Notes: generated by a model from the sequence alone, not told the origin. A stretch of 64,000 nt of DNA from Candidatus Nomurabacteria bacterium (GCA_023898465.1 CP060223.1:992001-1056000); one strand, 5' to 3'; shown: positions 7,881 to 20,235, counted from the first letter of the stretch. Program-made: numbers and translations.

Positions 7881-9188
7881 ATGTTGAAACAGCTACTCAG
7901 ACCTTTTATCCCACGATCAATCCTTTTAAGTTATCATCGTTGCCGAGCGCATTTGACCGCGTTTCGTTTTGGCTATCCGGGTAAGAAGCTGCGCGTCATT
8001 GCGGTGACCGGCACAAATGGGAAATCAACAGTAGTAGAGTGGATCGGGCAATTGCTTGCTCTCATGGGTGAGCCGGTAGGATGGATTTCTACCGCATCGG
8101 TTCGTATCGGCGATGAGACAAAGCTAAATACAACGAAGTTGACTACGGCTGATACGAGTTTTTTACAGTCTCATCTTGCTAAAATGGTGCGAGCAGGCGC
8201 AAAGTATGCAGTTCTAGAAGCTTCCTCTCAGGGCTTAGCGCAAGGTCGTTTGAACGGGGTGCCGATTCAGGGTGCAGTTTTTACCAATCTCACACCAGAA
8301 CATATTGAATGGCACGGATCGATGTTGGCATATCAACGGGCTAAGGAGCTATTGTTTCAAAGACTCATGTCGAGTGCTCGTGTAACAGATGCCCCAAAAG
8401 TGAGTGTGGTAAACGGAGACGACCCAGTGGCTGATGCCTTTCTTCGCTACCCAGCGGATAAAAAGGTTGTATGTACTCTGTATGGAAGCGTGCACACAAA
8501 AGCTGACGTGCATCGTCGAGCCGAAATTGTTGAGCAAAACGAAAAAGGAACCCGCATTCGTATTGAGGAGCATGAGGTGTTTTTACCTTTTCTTGGGCGC
8601 TTCAATGTGATGAATGCCCTGGAAGCAGTAGCCGTGCTTGAGCAATATGGTTTCCCATTAGCTAAGCTAGTACCTGCATTGGCGCAGTTAGTGCCGGTAC
8701 CGGGACGCTTAGAGTTTATTCCAAGTAAGCGCGATTTTCAGATTTTAGTCGACTATGCGCCTGAACCAGCTTCTATGCAGGCGCTTTATCAAGTGCTTGA
8801 GCAGCTCCATCCAAAGCGTATATTGCATGTTTTTGGTTCGGCTGGCGGTGGACGTGATAAGAGTCGGCGTCCAGTGCTCGGCAAATGGGTGGCCGAACAC
8901 GCAGACCTTGCTATTGTGACAAACGAGGATCCTTATGACGAAGACCCAGAGCAGATAATTGACGATGTTGTAGCCGGAACAAAAGAGGCCTCACCCCTTC
9001 GTGCCCAAGTTGAACGGGTATCTGATCGTCGGCAAGCCATTGCCCATGCACTTTCCCTAGCAAAATCAGGCGATTTAGTCGTAATTACCGGCAAAGCATC
9101 TGAACAATGGCTGATGGGCCCAAAAGGTACGCGCCAGGCCTGGGACGATCGTCAGGTTGTGCGCGAAGAACTCGGGAATAGACTTTAA
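7881..9188 (+). CDS. Mur ligase family protein (MurE-like UDP-MurNAc-tripeptide synthetase)
   Basis: VIAVTGTNGKSTV P-loop, TNLTPEHIEWHGS, DYAPEPASMQAL, VFGSAGGGRDKSRRP...IVTNEDPYDEDP typical of the MurE/MurF middle and C-terminal domains; the N-terminal domain is short. Confidence 0.7.
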   Translation: MLKQLLRPFIPRSILLSYHRCRAHLTAFRFGYPGKKLRVIAVTGTNGKSTVVEWIGQLLALMGEPVGWISTASVRIGDETKLNTTKLTTADTSFLQSHLAKMVRAGAKYAVLEASSQGLAQGRLNGVPIQGAVFTNLTPEHIEWHGSMLAYQRAKELLFQRLMSSARVTDAPKVSVVNGDDPVADAFLRYPADKKVVCTLYGSVHTKADVHRRAEIVEQNEKGTRIRIEEHEVFLPFLGRFNVMNALEAVAVLEQYGFPLAKLVPALAQLVPVPGRLEFIPSKRDFQILVDYAPEPASMQALYQVLEQLHPKRILHVFGSAGGGRDKSRRPVLGKWVAEHADLAIVTNEDPYDEDPEQIIDDVVAGTKEASPLRAQVERVSDRRQAIAHALSLAKSGDLVVITGKASEQWLMGPKGTRQAWDDRQVVREELGNRL

Positions 9189-9344
9189 GAAGTTTTTCGT
9201 TACAGCTTTCTCCCTGCGCAAGGGGGGAATTCGGATAAAATGTGGATAAGTGTGCACGCACTAAAAGTGAAATAGGGCAATCCGAAAACATATTTTGCTA
9301 ATATTAGCAGAAAATAACAAAAAATAGCCCTGAGAACACTACCC

Positions 9345-9373
9345 TTGACAGCTGTCAAGTTGATTGGTATGGT
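9345..9373 (+). promoter_or_regulatory. putative sigma70 promoter for rpoBC (TTGACA-17-TATGGT) with the -35 embedded in perfect palindrome TTGACAGCTGTCAA
   Basis: Sequence inspection; 17 nt spacer; about 140 nt upstream of rpoB. Confidence 0.35.
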
Positions 9374-9510
9374 GTTGAAGCATCTATTTTGACCCTAAAT
9401 CGCGATTCCTGACCTTGCGGAAGAACATTTCCTCAGTCCGAGGCACACAATAGGCGACGCGACAGTATATTACGTCCCCGGGACTACCGAGCGGACGTGG
9501 TAATTTTTTA

Positions 9511-12500
9511 ATGCAAAAAAACTCATCAGGGGTAACTAAAGAACGGAAGTTTTTTACAAAACTTCACGAAGCCATTCCGCTGCCTGATCTCATCGAGATT
9601 CAGAAGCGTTCCTATGAATGGTTTTTCCGCGATGGGCTCAAAGAGCTTTTCGAGGAGATTTCACCTATCCGCGACTTTATCGGTCGTGACCTTGAGTTAT
9701 ATTTTGGTGACTACTACCTGGATGAGCCAAAGTTTGATGAAGTAGCTGCCAAAGCAAAGAACGTAACCTATGAGGCTGCACTTCGCGTACAAACTCGTTT
9801 AGTTAACAAAAAGACTGGTGAAATCAAGGAACAGGAAATTTACCTGGGTGATTTCCCACTCATTACTGATCGCGGCACTTTCATTATCAACGGTATTGAG
9901 CGCGTGGTTGTTTCACAGCTGATTCGTTCAGCTGGCGCCTTCTTTACTGCTGAGTACTTGCGCGGACGTTATTACTATGGTGCAAAAATTATTCCAAACC
10001 GTGGCGCTTGGCTGGAATTAGAAACTGATGCGAATAATGTTATCTCAGTAAAGATTGACCGTAAGCGCAAAGTACCGATCACATCACTGCTTCGCGCCTT
10101 TGGCCTTGGTTCTGATGAAGAATTGCTCGGCCTCTTTAAAGAAGTTGATACTCACGCGACTGATAAATATCTAGAAGCAACGATTGCTAAGGATGCCGCT
10201 CGTTCAGAGGCAGAGGGCTTGAAGGAAGTCTACAAGCGTATTCGTCCAGGTGACTTGGCTACAACTGACAACGCACGTGAATTGATTCACAAGATGTTCT
10301 TCTCATTCGATCGATATGACTTCGGTCGAGTTGGTCGTTACAAGCTGAATCATCGCTTCGGCTTTGATTTCCCAAATGACAAAGAGCATCGTGTCTTGCA
10401 AAAAGATGATGTGATCGCCATTGTTCGCGAAATCATCACCTTGAATAACCGCCAAGCAGAGCCGGATGATATCGACCACTTAGGTAATCGACGAGTTCGC
10501 GCCATCGGTGAATTGGTTCAAAACAAGTTCCGCGTTGGTTTGGCTCGCATGGAGCGTATCGTAAAAGATCGCATGTCCACTCGCGACATCACTACACTCA
10601 CTCCAAACCAATTAATTAATGCGCGTCCAATTATTGGTGCAGTAAAAGAGTTCTTCATGAGCTCCCAGTTGTCCCAATTCATGGATCAGCATAATCCATT
10701 GGCTGAGTTAGAGCACAAGCGCCGCTTGTCTGCTATGGGTCCTGGTGGTTTGTCACGCGAACGAGCCGGATTTGATGTGCGTGACGTGCACCGCACCCAC
10801 TATGGTCGTATCTGTCCAATTGCCACTCCAGAAGGACCAAACATTGGTTTGGTCGGACACTTGGCCAGCTACGCACGTATTAATGACTATGGATTTATCG
10901 AAACACCGTTCCGCCGAGTTATTCATGATATACCAAACGATCCTAAGCAAACTGAAGGTGAAGAGCTACGTGAGGATGTACAAGATGCAGCTGGTCAGAC
11001 TGTGGCCAGTGCCGGCACAAAAATCACTAAGGATATCGCTGAGAAGTTAAAGCAATCTGGCAAAGAGCTTATTCCGATTAAGCCACGTGTGTTAAGCGAT
11101 GTGCTTTACTTGGATGCCTTTACTGAAGAGCGTGCTGTGACCACTGCCGCAACCACCCCGATTGATGAAAACGGTTATTTCATGAGCGAGCGGGTTGAGG
11201 TTCGACGTCATGGTGAGCCAACCATTGGTACACCGTGGGAAGTTGATTACATGGACGTTTCACCGAAGCAGATTGTGAGTGTGACCACGTCCTTAATTCC
11301 TTTCTTGGAACACGATGACGCGGTACGTGCCCTGATGGGTACCAATATGCAACGCCAGGCTGTGGCTGTTATTAACCCACAATCACCGATTGTTGGTACT
11401 GGTGTTGAGGGTCGCGCAGCACGTGATTCTGGTCAGGTTGTCTTAGCGAAGAATGCCGGTGAGATTGTGAAGGTGCAAGGTAACCTTATACAGATTAAGG
11501 AAGCTGATGGTACTATTCGTGATTATCCTTTGCGTAAATTCAATCGATCAAACGCTTCCGGATCAATTAACCAGAAGCCTTTAGTTGATCGTGGACAAGA
11601 AGTAGAAGCCGGTGCGCTTTTGGCTGATGGTCCTTCCACTGAAGACGGTGAATTAGCACTTGGGCAAAACATTCTTGTGGCTTTCATGCCATGGGAAGGT
11701 GGTAACTACGAAGACGCTATTCTCTTGTCTGAACGTTTGGTGCAGGGCGACCGCTACACTTCTATTCACATCGAGGACTACTCAATTGATGTACGCGACA
11801 CAAAGCTCGGACCAGAAGTAGTTACGCGCGATATTCCTAACGTGTCTGAAGAGAAGTTAAAGGATTTGGATGAAGACGGTGTGATTCGCATCGGAGCAGA
11901 AGTTTCTTCAGGTGATATTTTGGTCGGCAAGATCACCCCGAAGGGTGAGACCGAGCTCTCAGCTGAGGAAAAATTACTCCGGGCAATTTTTGGTGAAAAA
12001 GCGAAGGATGTAAAAGATAGCTCACTCTACTTAGAGCATGGTGAGCACGGTAAAGTGGTTGACATCAAAGTCTTTTCACGAGAAAAGGGTGACAAACTTT
12101 CATCCGGCGTGATCAAGACTATCCAAGTTTCAGTTGCCCAACTTCGCAAGATTCAAGTTGGCGACAAGATGGCTGGCCGACACGGAAACAAAGGTGTTAT
12201 TTCTCGCATTGTGGCTGTAGAAGATATGCCATTCCTAGAGGACGGTACCCCGGTCGACATTATTCTCAACCCGTTGGGTGTTGCCTCTCGTATGAACCTC
12301 GGACAAATTTTGGAAACCCACCTCGGGCTCGCCGCAAAGAAGCTTGGTTACAAGGTTGCCAGTCCAGCTCTCGATGGCGTACCAGAAGAAACCATTCGTG
12401 AAGAATTAGCCAAGGCTGGTTATCCAGTTGACGGTAAGCTGACCTTGATTGATGGTCGTACTGGTAAGCCAATGGATCAAAAAGCTACCGTGGGTAACAT

Positions 12501-12963
12501 TTACATGTTGAAATTGAATCACTTGGTTGAAGATAAGATTCACCAACGTTCCATTGGTCCATACTCTCTCGTTACGCAGCAGCCGCTCGGTGGTAAAGCT
12601 CAGTTCGGTGGTCAGCGCTTTGGAGAAATGGAAGTGTGGGCACTCGAAGCATATGGTGCCGCCCATACCCTGCAAGAAATGTTGACCATTAAGTCTGACG
12701 ACGTACCAGGTCGCTCCAAGGCCTATGAGTCAGTCATTAAGGGTGAACCAATTACCCGACTCAATGTTCCAGAATCCTTTAACGTATTAGTCCGTGAATT
12801 AAAGGGTCTTGGTTTGGATGTTGATTTGATCGGCGCCAAACCACGTGATGGAGAAGAAGAAAAACCTCGCCAACCCTCTGAAGAAGAGAAAAAACTAGCA
12901 ACGGCTGAAACAGGTGGAGGAGAGGACGTCCCCGAAGAACCTAAAGAATCAAGCGATGATTGA
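9511..12963 (+). CDS. rpoB: DNA-directed RNA polymerase subunit beta
   Basis: 1150 aa; conserved blocks ([42 protein letters not shown]). Confidence 0.97.
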   Translation: MQKNSSGVTKERKFFTKLHEAIPLPDLIEIQKRSYEWFFRDGLKELFEEISPIRDFIGRDLELYFGDYYLDEPKFDEVAAKAKNVTYEAALRVQTRLVNKKTGEIKEQEIYLGDFPLITDRGTFIINGIERVVVSQLIRSAGAFFTAEYLRGRYYYGAKIIPNRGAWLELETDANNVISVKIDRKRKVPITSLLRAFGLGSDEELLGLFKEVDTHATDKYLEATIAKDAARSEAEGLKEVYKRIRPGDLATTDNARELIHKMFFSFDRYDFGRVGRYKLNHRFGFDFPNDKEHRVLQKDDVIAIVREIITLNNRQAEPDDIDHLGNRRVRAIGELVQNKFRVGLARMERIVKDRMSTRDITTLTPNQLINARPIIGAVKEFFMSSQLSQFMDQHNPLAELEHKRRLSAMGPGGLSRERAGFDVRDVHRTHYGRICPIATPEGPNIGLVGHLASYARINDYGFIETPFRRVIHDIPNDPKQTEGEELREDVQDAAGQTVASAGTKITKDIAEKLKQSGKELIPIKPRVLSDVLYLDAFTEERAVTTAATTPIDENGYFMSERVEVRRHGEPTIGTPWEVDYMDVSPKQIVSVTTSLIPFLEHDDAVRALMGTNMQRQAVAVINPQSPIVGTGVEGRAARDSGQVVLAKNAGEIVKVQGNLIQIKEADGTIRDYPLRKFNRSNASGSINQKPLVDRGQEVEAGALLADGPSTEDGELALGQNILVAFMPWEGGNYEDAILLSERLVQGDRYTSIHIEDYSIDVRDTKLGPEVVTRDIPNVSEEKLKDLDEDGVIRIGAEVSSGDILVGKITPKGETELSAEEKLLRAIFGEKAKDVKDSSLYLEHGEHGKVVDIKVFSREKGDKLSSGVIKTIQVSVAQLRKIQVGDKMAGRHGNKGVISRIVAVEDMPFLEDGTPVDIILNPLGVASRMNLGQILETHLGLAAKKLGYKVASPALDGVPEETIREELAKAGYPVDGKLTLIDGRTGKPMDQKATVGNIYMLKLNHLVEDKIHQRSIGPYSLVTQQPLGGKAQFGGQRFGEMEVWALEAYGAAHTLQEMLTIKSDDVPGRSKAYESVIKGEPITRLNVPESFNVLVRELKGLGLDVDLIGAKPRDGEEEKPRQPSEEEKKLATAETGGGEDVPEEPKESSDD

Positions 12964-15900
12964 AGAAGTAAAGCCAGCAGATTTTAAAGCCATCCGATTA
13001 AAGCTCGCCTCCCCGGACGCGATTCATGCGTGGTCCTATGGTGAAGTCACCAAACCAGAGACGATTAACTATCGGACACAAAAACCGGAAAAATCCGGTC
13101 TCTTTGCCGAGGAAATTTTTGGACCTTCCAAGGACTGGGAGTGTTACTGTGGCAAATACAAGCGCATCCGCTATAAGGGCATTGTCTGTGACAAGTGTGG
13201 AGTAGAAGTTACTCGCTCACTGGTTCGACGTGAACGCATGGGTCACATTGATTTAGCTGCTCCATGTTCACACATTTGGTTCCTCCGCGGCGTGCCATCC
13301 AAGATCGGCTTGATTCTCGATCTCTCGGTACAGGAGTTAGAGCGCGTTATTTACTTTGCAAATTTCATTATCACCGATGTCAACGAAGAGTTACGTAAGA
13401 TGACATTGGAGCAGCTTGATCAAGAAGCTCAAGCAAAGAAAAAGGCCATCGAGTCTGAATTGCATCAGCAGATCCAGTCTGTGAAACAGCGCCGAGCCGA
13501 TGCTGATAAGAATGGTAAAGATACTAAAGCTTTTGATGAAGAGCTCGACGGTTTGCAAAAGATGAAAGAAGAGCAGCTGCAGAATTTGAGCGAAGTGGTT
13601 GACATTGCTAAGAAGGAATTAAAGGATCTGCAAAAGTATCAGATCGTTTCTGAGAACGTGTATCATAATCTTTCCTTGAAATACGGCCAGGTTTTTGAGG
13701 CCGGTATTGGTGCTGAATCAATCCGTCAGCTCTTGGTGGAAATCGACCTCAAGGAAATGGCAAAGCAACTCGAAAATGAACTAATTGATGCGCCAGAAAA
13801 TAAGGCCCGTCGTTTAGTTCGTCGCTTGAAGCTGGTAAAGAATTTCCTCCGCAATGGTTTGCGACCTGAATGGATGATTTTGTCTGCTATCCCGGTTATC
13901 CCACCGGATTTGCGTCCGATGGTGCAATTGGATGGCGGTCGCTTTGCTACCTCTGATTTGAATGATCTCTATCGCCGCGTTATCAATCGTAACAATCGAT
14001 TGAAGCGTTTGATTGAATTGAATGCACCTGAAGTTATCTGTCGCAACGAAAAGCGTATGTTGCAAGAAGCAGTTGACGCCTTGATTGATAATGGTGCTCG
14101 ACATGGTAAGACGGTAACTGCTTCAACCGGTCAGAAGCGCATGCTGAAATCAATTGCTGACACCCTTAAGGGTAAGCAAGGTCGCTTCCGCCAAAACTTG
14201 CTTGGTAAGCGCGTTGATTATTCCGGTCGCTCGGTTATTGTTATCGGTCCTCACCTGAAGCTCTACCAATGTGGTCTGCCAAAGCGCATGGCCCTCGAGC
14301 TTTTCCGACCATTCGTGATTTCTGAATTGATTAAGCGCGAATACGTCCATAACGTTCGTAGCGCATCCCGTTTCATTGAAGCAAACCGTCCGGAAGTTTG
14401 GGATATCCTAGAAGAAATTACCAAAGGCGCGCACGTGCTCTTAAACCGTGCTCCTACTTTGCACCGACTTGGTATTCAGGCTTTCCAACCAATCCTTATT
14501 GAAGGTAAGGCTATTCAAATTCACCCATTGGTGTGTGCAGCTTTCAACGCTGACTTCGATGGTGACCAAATGGCCGTCCACGTTCCGTTAACTGAACAAG
14601 CCAAATGGGAGGCTAAGGAATTAATGCTTTCGAGCAAGAACTTGCTGAAGCCGGCTACTGGTTCACCAGTGGTTAGCCCCTCACAGGACTTGGTCTTGGG
14701 TATGTACTACCTCAGCTTAATGGATGAGTCTGATAAGAATATTGCCTTCTCTTCACCAGAAGAAGCTAAACTAGCCTATGACACTGGCCGAGTAACACTC
14801 CACCAGCAAGTGAAGATCCGTCTCACGCCAAGCACCCTTACTGAAACAACAGTTGGTCGGGTTATCTTCAATGAAATCGTGCCGAAGGAAATGGGTTTTG
14901 TGAACGAGGTACTTGATAAGAAGACCCTTTCAAAGTTGGTAGGTGGCATCCTCAGTCTCCTTGGCAACGATCGCACAGTAGAATTTTTGGATGCAGTGAA
15001 GCGACTCTCCTTTGAAACCCTGACCTCATCCGGTTTGTCCTGGGGTATGGATGACTTACCAATTCCTGAAGCAAAGCAGGATGTTATCAAAGAAGCTGCC
15101 ACGAAGGTTGATGAGATTCACTCTCACTACGAATCAGGATTACTGACTGAAGAAGAACGTCACGCCAAGATCATCGAGATTTGGGCAAGTGTGAAATCGC
15201 AACTGCAGGCTATTAGCCGAGACCGATTAGATAAGTCCGGTCCGGTCTACATGATGATTGAATCAGGCGCCCGTGGTTCCTGGGAACAGATTACTCAGAT
15301 GATGGGTATGAAAGGTTTGGTAACCAACCCATCCGGAGGCATTATTGAACTGCCGGTAAAAGGTAGCTTCAAAGAAGGTTTCGATGTACTGGAATACTTC
15401 ATCTCCACTCACGGTGCACGTAAAGGTTTGTCTGATACCGCCCTCCGTACTGCAAATGCTGGTTATCTGACTCGCCGTCTCATTGATGTAGCGCAGGACA
15501 TTGTTATCCGTGAAGAGGATTGTGGTGATACCGCAGGCTTCACCTATGTTGCCGAAGAGGCTGAACAGATGGGTGAGAGTCTGCAAACCTTTGTACACGG
15601 TCGCGTGTTGGCAGCTGATATTGTCCATCCAAAGACCAAGAAAGTCCTTATCGCAGCCGGCACCCTCGTAACCGATGAAGAATACGCTAAGCTTGAAAAA
15701 GTGCAGCTTGAGTCAGTAACGATTCGCAGCGTATTAAGCTGTGTATCCCGACGCGGTATTTGTCAGAAGTGTTATGGATATGACTTGGCTTACAACCGCA
15801 TGGTGAATATGCACGTGGCGGTCGGTATTATCGCTGCACAGTCTATCGGTGAGCCTGGTACTCAGCTGACAATGCGTACTTTCCACACTGGTGGTGTGGC

Positions 15901-16867
15901 CGGACAAGATATCACCCAAGGTTTACCTCGCGTTGAAGAGTTATTTGAAGCACGTCCAGTCCGCAAGCCATCTATCTTAGCTGACCAAGCTGGAACCGCT
16001 CGAGTTGAAGAGCGCGATGGTCAAACCATTGTGACTATCCGTGGTATTGGCACCACTCCTGAAGCGTATAAATTCCCTCGTAAGAAGGCCGGCTTAAAAG
16101 TGCTCGTAGAGGATGGGTCTGAGGTCCAAGAAGGCGATGTGCTTTATGAAATTGACGGGGATAAGACGCTTAGCAAATCGGCTGGTAAGTGTAAGGTAAA
16201 CAAAACCGCTGTGACAGTGATTACCGAAGGCATGTCTGATAAGGAATATATCATCCCGGCCGGGTATACACTCTGGGTAAAAGACGGTGATCTCGTGAGC
16301 GTTGGTGACACCTTAACTGAAGGTAGCGTGAACCTGGGCGAGCTCTATCACCTGAAGGGCGTCTCAGCAGTCCAGAAATACGTTATCAAGGACATTCAGT
16401 ACATCTACTCATCTCAGGGTCAGAAGCTTAATAACAAGCACATCGAAGTTATTGTGCGCCAGATGTTCTCACGTGTGTACGTGACCGATCGCGGTGAAAC
16501 AGAATTGCTTGATGGTGATATTGTTGAATACACTCGATTAGTAGAGGCTAATGACAAGGCAAAGAAAGAAAAGACCAAGCCAGCTACTTATGAGCATCTC
16601 TTGCTCGGTATTACCAAGGCTAGCTTGACCACCGAAAGCTTCTTGTCCGCTGCTTCTTTCCAAGAAACCGCCCGCGTCCTCATTGATGCCGCAGTTTCAG
16701 GTAAGATGGACACATTGCGCGGTCTCAAAGAAAACGTGATCATCGGTAAGCTTATTCCGGTTGGAACTGGCGTCACTATGCCGCGTGTAGAGAACGCAGA
16801 AGCAGAGGCTGACGAGACTGAAGTCGATCCAGCACCAGAGGCAGAGAAAGAAGCCGAAAAGGCCTAG
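12956..16867 (+). CDS. rpoC: DNA-directed RNA polymerase subunit beta prime
   Basis: Zn finger [29 protein letters not shown] catalytic motif; start taken at ATG 12956 overlapping the rpoB stop (the ORF is open from 12914). Confidence 0.95.
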   Translation: MIEEVKPADFKAIRLKLASPDAIHAWSYGEVTKPETINYRTQKPEKSGLFAEEIFGPSKDWECYCGKYKRIRYKGIVCDKCGVEVTRSLVRRERMGHIDLAAPCSHIWFLRGVPSKIGLILDLSVQELERVIYFANFIITDVNEELRKMTLEQLDQEAQAKKKAIESELHQQIQSVKQRRADADKNGKDTKAFDEELDGLQKMKEEQLQNLSEVVDIAKKELKDLQKYQIVSENVYHNLSLKYGQVFEAGIGAESIRQLLVEIDLKEMAKQLENELIDAPENKARRLVRRLKLVKNFLRNGLRPEWMILSAIPVIPPDLRPMVQLDGGRFATSDLNDLYRRVINRNNRLKRLIELNAPEVICRNEKRMLQEAVDALIDNGARHGKTVTASTGQKRMLKSIADTLKGKQGRFRQNLLGKRVDYSGRSVIVIGPHLKLYQCGLPKRMALELFRPFVISELIKREYVHNVRSASRFIEANRPEVWDILEEITKGAHVLLNRAPTLHRLGIQAFQPILIEGKAIQIHPLVCAAFNADFDGDQMAVHVPLTEQAKWEAKELMLSSKNLLKPATGSPVVSPSQDLVLGMYYLSLMDESDKNIAFSSPEEAKLAYDTGRVTLHQQVKIRLTPSTLTETTVGRVIFNEIVPKEMGFVNEVLDKKTLSKLVGGILSLLGNDRTVEFLDAVKRLSFETLTSSGLSWGMDDLPIPEAKQDVIKEAATKVDEIHSHYESGLLTEEERHAKIIEIWASVKSQLQAISRDRLDKSGPVYMMIESGARGSWEQITQMMGMKGLVTNPSGGIIELPVKGSFKEGFDVLEYFISTHGARKGLSDTALRTANAGYLTRRLIDVAQDIVIREEDCGDTAGFTYVAEEAEQMGESLQTFVHGRVLAADIVHPKTKKVLIAAGTLVTDEEYAKLEKVQLESVTIRSVLSCVSRRGICQKCYGYDLAYNRMVNMHVAVGIIAAQSIGEPGTQLTMRTFHTGGVAGQDITQGLPRVEELFEARPVRKPSILADQAGTARVEERDGQTIVTIRGIGTTPEAYKFPRKKAGLKVLVEDGSEVQEGDVLYEIDGDKTLSKSAGKCKVNKTAVTVITEGMSDKEYIIPAGYTLWVKDGDLVSVGDTLTEGSVNLGELYHLKGVSAVQKYVIKDIQYIYSSQGQKLNNKHIEVIVRQMFSRVYVTDRGETELLDGDIVEYTRLVEANDKAKKEKTKPATYEHLLLGITKASLTTESFLSAASFQETARVLIDAAVSGKMDTLRGLKENVIIGKLIPVGTGVTMPRVENAEAEADETEVDPAPEAEKEAEKA

Positions 16868-16962
16868 GATTTATTCTACCCTCCCTTTGCCTAGATGCAT
16901 GTCACATGCTATGCTTTTTGAGTTGCCGCAATGTTGCGGTACGAGCCTCGAAGGAGGACTAG

Positions 16963-17091
16963 ATGCACACGACGACTCGACTCAGGGGACCGACGACGTC
17001 GACAACGAAGGCGCGGTATCAGAAGAAGACGACGGCCTGGCTCGATCAAGGTGTGATCGCCAGCGTCACGAAGTCGGGCGGCCAGGACTAG
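16963..17091 (+). CDS. putative Thr-rich micro-ORF (42 aa) in its own promoter/terminator cassette
   Basis: GAAGGAGG RBS 6 nt before ATG; MHTTTRLRGPTTSTTKARYQKKTTAWLDQGVIASVTKSGGQD; TTGCCT-17-TATGCT upstream; 10 bp GC hairpin terminator downstream. Confidence 0.3.
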   Translation: MHTTTRLRGPTTSTTKARYQKKTTAWLDQGVIASVTKSGGQD

Positions 17092-17116
17092 CGCATCCCT
17101 GCTAGCTCTTGGAACA

Positions 17117-17150
17117 GCGGCCATACTCCGTGTATGGCCGCTCCTTTTCT
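17117..17150 (+). terminator. intrinsic terminator GCGGCCATAC-tccgt-GTATGGCCGC + TCCTTTTCTT
   Basis: Perfect 10 bp stem plus T-rich tail. Confidence 0.6.
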
Positions 17151-17192
17151 TGCTTTGTTTATTGCCTAAAAAAGTGGTACAATACGCAGGCT

Positions 17193-19493
17193 ATGGCAAC
17201 GAAAAATGTCCGACGTCGGGGCCGTCCGACGCCTTGGGATACTGACGAAGAGCAGGCCCCAGAGGAATCACAACTCAGTCCAGAGACGAAGCGCGGAATT
17301 ATAGTAGTTGTGATTTTTGTGGCCGCCCTTGTTTTCATTTTAGGATTTTTTGACTTGGCTGGTGTGGTGGGCGAGTGGCTAGACAAAGGTCTAGGTTGGC
17401 TTTTTGGTTGGTCAAGGTATCTCCTACCTCTTTTTCTGGTGGCTATCGGCTTCGCGCTACTGAAACCTGACACGATTCGCCTGCGCGCCTGGGCCTATGT
17501 GGGCGCTGGGCTATTTATGATTGCTTTTGCTGGTCTACTTCACCTCCTGGTTGATGAAGCAGAAATACAAAATGCGATAACTGACGGGCGCGGCGGCGGC
17601 GGAATAGGATATGTTATGCGACAAGGTTTAGAAAGCATGTTTGGCCAGATCGCGGCGATCACTATTCTCTTAGCCCTGTTGATCATCGGTGTACTTGTTA
17701 TGTTCAACACTACATTGCACGCTATTGCCGGACAGCGCACGGTGGTAGATCGCAGCATGAACCGTCTACGCTTCTGGTTTTATCGTCTGAAGATTGCTTT
17801 TGAGTCTCACAAAGATGAAGAACCAGAAGAAGAGGAAGAAGATGTAGAGGAGGATGAGCGAGAATTCACTGCTCGTGATATTGCTGGTGCAGAAGATGGT
17901 GAGGAAGAGGGAGAAGGAGAAGAGGACATCCCAGCTCATGGTGAAGGCACTCAAGCGCAAATATTTCCAAAAGTCCGTCGCAAGAAGCGCAAGGCTGACG
18001 TGCCGATTAATCTCTTAGAACAGAAACACGAAAAGCCGATGAGCGGCAACATTGAAGAAGGCAAGCAAAAAATTAAGCGTACACTTGAGACTTTTGGCAT
18101 CGACGTAGAAATGGATGAAGTCAACGTAGGTCCAACAGTCACTCAGTACACTCTGAAGCCAGCCGAGGGTGTGAAATTGGCTCAAATAACCACACTGCAG
18201 AACGATCTCGCGCTTGCCTTGGCGGCCCACCCAATTCGTATTGAGGCGCCGATTCCCGGTAAGTCCTTGGTTGGTATTGAAGTGCCGAATAAAGCCAGCG
18301 CGGTGGTAACTATCCACGAAATGCTCAGCTCGGATAATTACTCCAAGCGTAAATCAAACCTAAGCCTCGCTCTAGGTAAGGATGTGGCGGGCAATGCTTG
18401 GGTAAGCGATCTCGATCCCATGCCTCACTTGTTGATTGCTGGTTCAACTGGATCAGGAAAGTCGGTTTGTATCAACACAATTCTGATGAGCTTGCTCTAC
18501 AGTAATACACCTGACGACTTGCGACTTATCATGGTTGACCCAAAGCGGGTGGAGTTAAGCAACTATAATGGTATTCCACATTTGCTCACGCCAGTCATTA
18601 CTGATGTTGATAAAACAGTGCACGCTTTGAAATGGGTGGTAGGTGAAATGGATCGCCGCTATGAAACACTCTCTCAGACGGGCAAGCGAAATATTAAAAT
18701 GTATCGCGAGGAAATCGACGATGGCATGCCATACATTGTCGTTGTCATCGATGAGTTAGCTGATTTAATGGCTGTGGCCTCTCGTGATGTAGAAGCAGCA
18801 ATTGTTCGCTTAGCTCAAATGGCTCGAGCAGTTGGCATCCACTTAATCGTAGCAACCCAACGACCATCGGTTGATGTTATTACTGGGCTTATTAAGGCAA
18901 ACATCACTGCACGTATTGCTTTTAACGTTGCATCAATTATCGACTCACGCACGATTTTAGATTTGAGTGGCGCTGAGAAGCTGCTTGGTAAAGGTGATAT
19001 GCTTTTCCTATCTTCCGACCTCTCTAAGCCAAAACGTTTGCAGGGTGCCTTTGTTTCAGAAAAGGAAATTGAGCGAGTGGTTGATTATCTCAAAGATCAA
19101 GCTGAACCGCAGTATGTTGAAGAAGTGACCGCTCGTCCGAAATCAGCCATTGGGGCGGGTGGATCCGATATGAGCGGCGAGGATGACTTACTCGAGGAAG
19201 CAAAAGAAGTTATTTTACGGGCTGGTAAAGCCTCGGCCTCTCTTCTCCAGCGGCGTTTACGCGTTGGCTATGCTCGAGCTGCTCGTTTGCTCGACTTACT
19301 CGAAGAGGAAGGCTTCATTGGTCCAGGTGAAGGAGCAAAGCCGCGTGAAGTTTTGGGCGGAGTGCCGGTCAGTAATGATGGCTTTGATGTAGCAGAGGAG
19401 CTAGATGATGAAGAAATTGTTGAGGATGATGGCGAAGAAGCAGAAGTGGCAGATGACGATGAAGAAGAGGACGAAGAAGAGTCGCGCGCATGA
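17193..19493 (+). CDS. ftsK: DNA translocase FtsK/SpoIIIE
   Basis: N-terminal TM helices, acidic linker, GSTGSGKS Walker A, RecA-like motor, C-terminal gamma winged-helix (LLQRRLRVGYARAARLLDLLE), acidic tail; start at 17193 preceded by TACAAT. Confidence 0.9.
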   Translation: MATKNVRRRGRPTPWDTDEEQAPEESQLSPETKRGIIVVVIFVAALVFILGFFDLAGVVGEWLDKGLGWLFGWSRYLLPLFLVAIGFALLKPDTIRLRAWAYVGAGLFMIAFAGLLHLLVDEAEIQNAITDGRGGGGIGYVMRQGLESMFGQIAAITILLALLIIGVLVMFNTTLHAIAGQRTVVDRSMNRLRFWFYRLKIAFESHKDEEPEEEEEDVEEDEREFTARDIAGAEDGEEEGEGEEDIPAHGEGTQAQIFPKVRRKKRKADVPINLLEQKHEKPMSGNIEEGKQKIKRTLETFGIDVEMDEVNVGPTVTQYTLKPAEGVKLAQITTLQNDLALALAAHPIRIEAPIPGKSLVGIEVPNKASAVVTIHEMLSSDNYSKRKSNLSLALGKDVAGNAWVSDLDPMPHLLIAGSTGSGKSVCINTILMSLLYSNTPDDLRLIMVDPKRVELSNYNGIPHLLTPVITDVDKTVHALKWVVGEMDRRYETLSQTGKRNIKMYREEIDDGMPYIVVVIDELADLMAVASRDVEAAIVRLAQMARAVGIHLIVATQRPSVDVITGLIKANITARIAFNVASIIDSRTILDLSGAEKLLGKGDMLFLSSDLSKPKRLQGAFVSEKEIERVVDYLKDQAEPQYVEEVTARPKSAIGAGGSDMSGEDDLLEEAKEVILRAGKASASLLQRRLRVGYARAARLLDLLEEEGFIGPGEGAKPREVLGGVPVSNDGFDVAEELDDEEIVEDDGEEAEVADDDEEEDEEESRA

Positions 19494-20200
19494 GCACCTT
19501 CCGGAGAAAGCAACTGCGAGCTAGCATCACTTTGGGTGAGCGCCTAAAATCCCATCGCCTTGAACAGGGCTGGGAAATTTTTGATGTAGCTGAGTCTACT
19601 CATATTGCACAGAAATATATTCAAGCCCTAGAAGAAGGCGCCTATGGTCAATTGCCTGGCGAAGTGTACATTCGAAATTTTCTCCGCCAGTACGCAAACT
19701 TTCTTCGCGTGAGTCCTGATGATGTTATTAGCTCATATGAAAAAGAGCGAGGCCTGGTTAAGCATCTGTTAAATAAAGATAAGAAGTTTGTCCAACGACA
19801 CGTAGATGTGAAGCCAGTCTTCACTCCTCGAAGATTGCGCATCCTAGGCTTTACTACCATTGTCGTCGTCGTTCTTGCGTACTTAGTTGTACAAGCGTGG
19901 TCAATTATTCGGGCGCCGGAACTTGTGGTAGATAGCCCGGAGCCACAACTGACAACCATCGAACGGACTATTAAGGTGGGCGGAATGACCGAGGCAGAGA
20001 GCGAAGTAACTATCAACGGACAGCGAGTTTTAATTGATACCGAAGGGCGTTTTAGCGAGTTAATTGATTTACATGAAGGATTAAATACCATTCAGGTGGT
20101 GGCGAAGAAAAAGCGTAGTCAGGCCAGCACCATAACCCGACAAGTATTAGTGACCATCCCGGAAATCCAGGACGTTGACACGAATAGTGACAACCGATAG
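19490..20200 (+). CDS. RodZ-like HTH (XRE) membrane protein
   Basis: [17 protein letters not shown]...[40 protein letters not shown], single TM, C-terminal domain; typical RodZ architecture. Confidence 0.6.
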   Translation: MSTFRRKQLRASITLGERLKSHRLEQGWEIFDVAESTHIAQKYIQALEEGAYGQLPGEVYIRNFLRQYANFLRVSPDDVISSYEKERGLVKHLLNKDKKFVQRHVDVKPVFTPRRLRILGFTTIVVVVLAYLVVQAWSIIRAPELVVDSPEPQLTTIERTIKVGGMTEAESEVTINGQRVLIDTEGRFSELIDLHEGLNTIQVVAKKKRSQASTITRQVLVTIPEIQDVDTNSDNR

Positions 20201-20235
20201 GCTTAGAGCGGTGGCACATAAGGAGTACCAAATTT

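Noticed and set aside
8349-8573. Small antisense ORFs inside the Mur ligase, ftsK, double-Ddl and antiporter genes (for example 8349..8573, 17159..17473, 21594..21905, 26008..26262)
   Set aside because: They are embedded antisense to well-supported genes and lack RBS.
10745-16776. ORF-track entries inside or antisense to rpoB/rpoC (for example 10745..11050, 12266..12675, 13814..14104, 14776..15102, 15263..15628)
   Set aside because: They are fully embedded in highly conserved large genes in other frames or on the opposite strand, with no RBS. These are typical spurious long-gene shadow ORFs.
17109-17192. ORF-track ftsK start at 17109, and similar extended starts at 26861, 29500, 41122 and 47076
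   Set aside because: The upstream extensions run through low-complexity intergenic sequence. Internal Met codons with better context were preferred: TACAAT upstream for ftsK, an AGGAGG site for the MTAP-like gene, and the conserved S6/NUDIX N-terminal sequences.
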